DNA of 38,551 nucleotides, from the NCBI GenBank assembly GCA_022615475.1, contig JAKEGQ010000104.1, forward strand, positions 1-38,551, written 5' to 3'. The position numbers and the translations under genes are program-made. The notes under the pieces were generated by a model. It saw nothing but the letters and a program-made list of their open reading frames with translations. It was not told the origin of the DNA and did not search any database. Below are positions 34,144 to 38,551 of the stretch, piece after piece (the stretch's first letter is position 1; each line of letters opens with the position of its first letter). The DNA is from Candidatus Methylomirabilota bacterium. Its GTDB lineage: Bacteria > Methylomirabilota > Methylomirabilia > Methylomirabilales > CSP1-5.

Positions 34144-35469
34144 TTACGCCTCGCTCCCGGTCGACTTCATGGGCGGAGGCAGCTCCTCCTTGACCTCCAC
34201 GATGGAGATGACCGGCAAGAGCTTTGCGAAGAGGAGGAACCAGAAGAAGAACCATGCAAAGGCGCCCAGGGTGATGCTGATATCCACCCAGGTCGGGATA
34301 AACAGCCCCCATGAGTACGGGTCGTACTCGTGGGCCAATCCGGTCACGATGATGACGAACCGCTCACACCACATCCCGATGTTGATCAGGATCGAGATCC
34401 CGAGGAGCCAGGGGGTGCTGGTGCGGATCCGCTTGACGAAGAAGAGGAGGGGGACGAGCGAGTTGAAAAGGATCATGATCCAGAAGGGGACGGCGTATTC
34501 GCCCGTCACCTGATAGACGAAGCGCTGCCACTCCGGGACGTTGTTGCTGTACCAGGCGATGTAGGTCTCGACCACATAGGCATAGCCGACGATGAGGCCG
34601 GTCAGGATGATGAGCTTGGCGAGGTTCTCGAGGTGCGTCTGCGTGAGATACGTGTCGAGGCGGAAAATACGCCGGAGCGGGATCAGGAGGGTGATGACCA
34701 TCGCCAGCCCCGAATGGATCGCACCGGCGACGAAGTAGGGGGCGAAGATGGTGCTGTGCCAGCCGGCGACGATGGACTGGGCGAAGTCCCACGAGACGAC
34801 GCTGTGCACCGAGACGACCAGGGGCGTCGCCAATGCCGCCAGGAACAGGTAGGCGGCCTTGTAGTGGCGCCACTGTCGATCGGTCCCCTGCCAGCCCTGC
34901 GCCAGGAAGGCGTAGAGGTGATGCCGCCATCCGGTGGTGCGGTTTCGCACCACGGCCACGTCCGGGACCAGTCCCGTGAAGAAGAAGAGGACGCTGATGA
35001 TCATGTAGGTCATGACGGCAAAGACGTCCCAGATCAGGGGTGAGCGGAAATTGACCCATAGCCCGCCCACCTGCGGATACGGCAGGAGCCAGTAGAAGAA
35101 CCAGGGGCGCCCGAGGTGGATCAGGGGGAAGAGGCCGGCGGTCAAGAGGGCAAAGACGGTGACCGCCTCCGCCGTCCGGTAGACGCTGGCACGCCACCGG
35201 ACCCTGAACAAGTACAGGATGGCCGAGATCAGGGTGCCGGAGTGGGCGATCCCGACCCAGAAGACAAAGTTGGTGATGTCCATCGCCCACATGACCGGGT
35301 GGGTGAGCCCCCACACTCCCAGGCCGCGCTGGACCGTGTACTGCCAGGCGAAGATTCCCCAGAGGAGTACCAGCAGGTTGGCGAAGAAAACGACATAGTA
35401 CCGCCACCCGGGGGCCTTCATGGCCTGAAGGATATCTCGGTCAACCTGGCTGTAGGTGAGGTTGGACAC
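34144..35469 (-). CDS. actC: NrfD/PsrC-like quinol-interacting membrane subunit, ACIII ActC
   Basis: About 10 TM helices with NrfD-family motifs. The GTG start overlaps the actB stop by 1 nt. Confidence 0.85.
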   Translation of the reverse strand: MSNLTYSQVDRDILQAMKAPGWRYYVVFFANLLVLLWGIFAWQYTVQRGLGVWGLTHPVMWAMDITNFVFWVGIAHSGTLISAILYLFRVRWRASVYRTAEAVTVFALLTAGLFPLIHLGRPWFFYWLLPYPQVGGLWVNFRSPLIWDVFAVMTYMIISVLFFFTGLVPDVAVVRNRTTGWRHHLYAFLAQGWQGTDRQWRHYKAAYLFLAALATPLVVSVHSVVSWDFAQSIVAGWHSTIFAPYFVAGAIHSGLAMVITLLIPLRRIFRLDTYLTQTHLENLAKLIILTGLIVGYAYVVETYIAWYSNNVPEWQRFVYQVTGEYAVPFWIMILFNSLVPLLFFVKRIRTSTPWLLGISILINIGMWCERFVIIVTGLAHEYDPYSWGLFIPTWVDISITLGAFAWFFFWFLLFAKLLPVISIVEVKEELPPPMKSTGSEA

Positions 35470-38390
35470 TAGCCCTCCACCGGCCCGGCAGTGATCTTCT
35501 TGAGGTAGGTGATCGCCGGCTGGGTATTCAGATATTCCAGGACCCGATACCGCCGCGGGTCTTTCGATCGCCGAGAGACCTCGCTGTCAAGGTCCTTCAG
35601 GTCGCCAAAGACGATCGCCCGCGTGGGGCAGGTCTGGGCGCACGCGGGGACGATCTCGCCGTCGCGGACGGCGCGTCCCTCTACCTTGGCCTGGAGCTTC
35701 CCGCCCTGGATCCGCTGGACGCAGAAGGTGCACTTCTCCATCACTCCCATACTCCGGACGGTCACATCCGGGTTGAGCTGCAGATGGAGCGGTTCCGGCC
35801 ACTCCGCCATGAACCAGTTGAACCGGCGGACCTTGTACGGGCAGTTGTTGGAGCAGTACCGGGTGCCGACGCACCGGTTGTAGACCTGCACGTTGAGGCC
35901 CTCCTGGTTGTGATAGGTGGCGTAGACGGGGCAGACGGATTCGCACGGGGCGTTGTCACATTGCTGGCAGAGCATCGGGAGGAAGCGGTGCTCCGGATAA
36001 TCGGGTGCCCCTTCGTCCACGCGTTGGACTCGGATCCAGGACATTTCGCGTCCCTTGGCCACCTGCACCTTTCCCATCACGGGGATGTTGTTTTCGGCAT
36101 AACAGGCGGTCACGCAGGCCCCGCATCCGATGCAGGCGTTCAGGTCGATGGTCATGCCCCACCGGTGTTTCGGATGCGAATGCTCCGGATACATCTGCAG
36201 CAGGTGGGGGTGTTTCTCGGGCTCCCGAAGGCGCTGGACCTCGGCCAGCGGGACGGTCTGGATGATTCCGCGATCGTGAGGACGATCACTTCCGGTGGTC
36301 GAGGCCAGCAGGTGCCGCCTCCCGGTCCGGGTGACCAGGACCCGCGTAGCAATCCACGGCTGACCGCCCGATGCCGTCTCCGGCTCGGCGGGGAGGAGAG
36401 GGAGGGGATTGGCGCCACGCCCCTCGGCGTACCGGCCGAACGCCGAGTGCCCCTGGCCGACGGCGACCGCCGCCGTCCCGAGGCGCACACCGCCGGAGAG
36501 ATGCGCCGGCAGCTCGAGGGTGCCCAGCGGAGACTGCACTCGCAGCAACTCCCCCTCGCTGACACCCAGCCGCTTGGCGTCGGCGGGATGCATGTCGATC
36601 CAATTATCCCAGACGATCTGGGTCAGGGCATCGGGGAGTTCCTGCAGCCAGGGACGGTTGGCGGTCCGCCCGTCATAGAAGATCGGAGAGGGATAGGGGA
36701 TCAGGGTCAATCCCTCGCTCTCTCCCGCGAAGCGGGGTGCCTCGAATCGGTGCCGGAAGACCTCCGGGTTGGGACGCACGGGGCGTAACGGGACAGATCG
36801 GAAGAGGCCGCCCTGCTGAAGGGCCCGCGCCCAGAAGGTCTCAAAATCCTCGGCAGGCCCGGAATGCCGGTGAAGACCTTTCCACTGATCCTTCAGGTAC
36901 GCGGGGAAGTCCTCCCAGGGGAGCTGCTGCTCGAGCCCCATCCGCCTGGCGACCGACAGGAGGACATCGCCCAGGGCCTTGGTCTCGTAGAGGGGTCGCA
37001 TAGTCGGCTGCTGCAGCCCCTGGATACCGTCCCAGGGCTCGATGTCGCTCCAGCCCTCCAGGAAGGTGTGATCCGGCAGGATGAGATGTGACGCCATCGC
37101 GGTTTCATCCGGAAAACTGGCGAAGCTCACCACCAGTGGCACCTTCTCCAGCGCCTTCCGGAAGCGCTCCCCCTCCGGCAGCGTGAATGCGGGGTTCACG
37201 CCTGCCAAGAGCACCAGGGAGACCTCGCCCTTTTCCATCGACTGGAGGAGGGTTCGCATCTCACGGTAGGGCGAGGTCCGTCCGGCGGCGGCGGTCGGGC
37301 CGAAACGGACGGTCCGGCCGACGTTCCCCGCAACGTAGTTGAGCAGAGTGGTCGCCAGGCAGATGTCCGTCCCGTTGGAGGTCTTGCCGTCGGCCACGGC
37401 GAGACTCGGCCGTGACCGGGCAAAGGCGCGAGCCAGGACGCGAACCTTGTCGGGCGAGATCCCGGCCTGTTCCGCGGTTTCCGCCGGCGTCCAGCCCTCC
37501 ACCAGCCTTCGGAGGGCCGCCTCCTCGGAGGCGGGGAGAGCAGTCGCGAGCCCCTCCGCGAGAATGGCGTGAATCATCCCCAGGGCCAGTACCCCTTCGG
37601 TGCCCGGGCGCACGGCGATCCATTCGTCAGCGTTGGCACCGGTGAGCGACAGGCGAGGACCGATGTAGGTGAAGCGCCCCATGCGGCCGTCGCGGTACGT
37701 TCGCATCGCGCCGAATTGGCGGGCGTGCTCGACGGGAGAGAGCCAGGTTTCGAGGAAGTCGGCCCCGAAGGAGAGGATCAGTTCCGCCTGCTCGAGATCA
37801 TAGAAGGGAACGGCGGCGACGCCGAAGGCCAGGCGATTCGCCTCACGAAGCGGTTCGTGGCTGACGGCCTCGTAGCGGAGCCGGGACCCGCCCCCTACGG
37901 CCCGGAGCCACTCGTCGATCAGACGGTCGAGGCTTCCCGTGACGAGCGGGGTCACCAGGGCGACGCGACCTCGCCGTCCCTTGAGTTCTGCCAACCGGGC
38001 GGCGAGAGCCTTCTCCCCTTCCTCCCACGAGGTCGGGCCCCACGAGCCGTCCGTCCCCTTCCTCAGGGGCTGTCGGATCCGGTCCGGGTTGTAGAGCCCT
38101 TGGAGGCTTGCCTGACCACGGGCGCAGAGGCGGCCGCGGTTGACCGGATGATCGGGGTTCCCCTCGACCTTGATGGCACGCCCCTCCATGGTCTTCACCA
38201 GCATCCCGCAGCCGGCGGGACATTCCCGGCAGACGGTGGCGTACCAGGTGGCCTCGCCCGGGATGATCTCCTCGGGTGGAACGACATACGGAATCAGACT
38301 CTCGGGCGGCTGCGCCCCACAACCCGCCATCGCGGCCGTCGCCCCACCGATCCCGATGATCTTGAGGAAGTCGCGCCGATTCACTTCCAT
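35469..38390 (-). CDS. actB: fused molybdopterin-oxidoreductase-like / 4Fe-4S ferredoxin subunit, ACIII ActB
   Basis: Tat signal MEVNRRDFLKIIGIGGATAAMAGC. An N-terminal Cys cluster CRECPAGC...C. A C-terminal set of four ferredoxin-type Cys clusters (CIGCGAC, CQQCDNAPC, CVGTRYC, CTFC...CAQTC). ATG at 38390. The ORF-track TTG at 38435 reads through the repeat array. Confidence 0.88.
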   Translation of the reverse strand: MEVNRRDFLKIIGIGGATAAMAGCGAQPPESLIPYVVPPEEIIPGEATWYATVCRECPAGCGMLVKTMEGRAIKVEGNPDHPVNRGRLCARGQASLQGLYNPDRIRQPLRKGTDGSWGPTSWEEGEKALAARLAELKGRRGRVALVTPLVTGSLDRLIDEWLRAVGGGSRLRYEAVSHEPLREANRLAFGVAAVPFYDLEQAELILSFGADFLETWLSPVEHARQFGAMRTYRDGRMGRFTYIGPRLSLTGANADEWIAVRPGTEGVLALGMIHAILAEGLATALPASEEAALRRLVEGWTPAETAEQAGISPDKVRVLARAFARSRPSLAVADGKTSNGTDICLATTLLNYVAGNVGRTVRFGPTAAAGRTSPYREMRTLLQSMEKGEVSLVLLAGVNPAFTLPEGERFRKALEKVPLVVSFASFPDETAMASHLILPDHTFLEGWSDIEPWDGIQGLQQPTMRPLYETKALGDVLLSVARRMGLEQQLPWEDFPAYLKDQWKGLHRHSGPAEDFETFWARALQQGGLFRSVPLRPVRPNPEVFRHRFEAPRFAGESEGLTLIPYPSPIFYDGRTANRPWLQELPDALTQIVWDNWIDMHPADAKRLGVSEGELLRVQSPLGTLELPAHLSGGVRLGTAAVAVGQGHSAFGRYAEGRGANPLPLLPAEPETASGGQPWIATRVLVTRTGRRHLLASTTGSDRPHDRGIIQTVPLAEVQRLREPEKHPHLLQMYPEHSHPKHRWGMTIDLNACIGCGACVTACYAENNIPVMGKVQVAKGREMSWIRVQRVDEGAPDYPEHRFLPMLCQQCDNAPCESVCPVYATYHNQEGLNVQVYNRCVGTRYCSNNCPYKVRRFNWFMAEWPEPLHLQLNPDVTVRSMGVMEKCTFCVQRIQGGKLQAKVEGRAVRDGEIVPACAQTCPTRAIVFGDLKDLDSEVSRRSKDPRRYRVLEYLNTQPAITYLKKITAGPVEG

Positions 38391-38397
38391 GAGGGTC

Positions 38398-38449
38398 GTC
38401 CGAAGTCCGATGTCCGACGTCCGAAGTCCGACCAAATTCGAATTTCGAA
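38398..38449. repeat. heptamer tandem-repeat dyad in the actB leader
   Basis: GTCCGAA GTCCGAT GTCCGAC GTCCGAA GTCCGAC (38398-38432), then ATTCGAA TTTCGAA (38436-38449). This is close to the reverse complement TTCGGAC. Confidence 0.85.
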
Positions 38450-38518
38450 AGGCAACTATCCCCTTAAAGGGTAAAGCTTTGAGGCGTATAGTGGCGCCGA
38501 AAGGAGGCGGTGACCACT

Positions 38519-38551
38519 ATGAGCCTCTTCCAGTACCGGGCGTTCATCGCA
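38519..38551 (+). CDS. 5' end of an unidentified gene divergent from actB (runs off the window)
   Basis: ATG at 38519 with AAGGAGG about 12 nt upstream. 9 of the 10 codons after the ATG end in G/C. Only 11 codons are visible. Confidence 0.4.
   Translation, partial: MSLFQYRAFIA

Overview
High-GC bacterial chromosomal segment, densely coded on both strands. I found no rRNA, tRNA, CRISPR array, transposase or integrase. Taxon cannot be determined from the sequence alone. Calls rest on reading the supplied translations for family motifs, start-codon and Shine-Dalgarno inspection, and third-codon-position GC; no database search was possible. Content in window order: (1) a hydantoinase B/oxoprolinase 3' fragment, a lipoprotein and a DUF4392 (D-glutamate-cyclase-like) gene. 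(2) A nitrogen-regulation theme spread over the window: two PII paralogs, GlnE, an NtrB/NtrC-like pair, and three sigma54-type -24/-12 promoters. (3) Sugar and tRNA housekeeping: trmI, pfkA, treT, and ttuA with a ThiS-like carrier. (4) A BT1-family MFS transporter, a B12-binding radical SAM enzyme and RNase P RNA (rnpB). (5) A DUF47-PiT phosphate transporter pair placed divergently from a PEP mutase (EDK-X5-NS motif) that has no visible phosphonopyruvate decarboxylase. (6) An ADP-forming acetyl-CoA synthetase pair. (7) An alternative complex III-like operon, actB-C-D-F-E, with no pentaheme actA. (8) Immediately downstream of that operon, a cassette of a small Cys/Trp-rich ORF, a radical SAM/SPASM enzyme and an FNR-type regulator. 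This cassette is my best candidate for an undescribed peptide- or cofactor-maturation system. A recurring non-genic signal is short tandem repeat arrays of 7, 9 and 14 nt period in intergenic spacers. Several are built as a direct-repeat arm followed by an approximately reverse-complementary arm. They resemble cyanobacterial STRR heptamer arrays, and they falsely extend several ORF N-termini in the ORF track.
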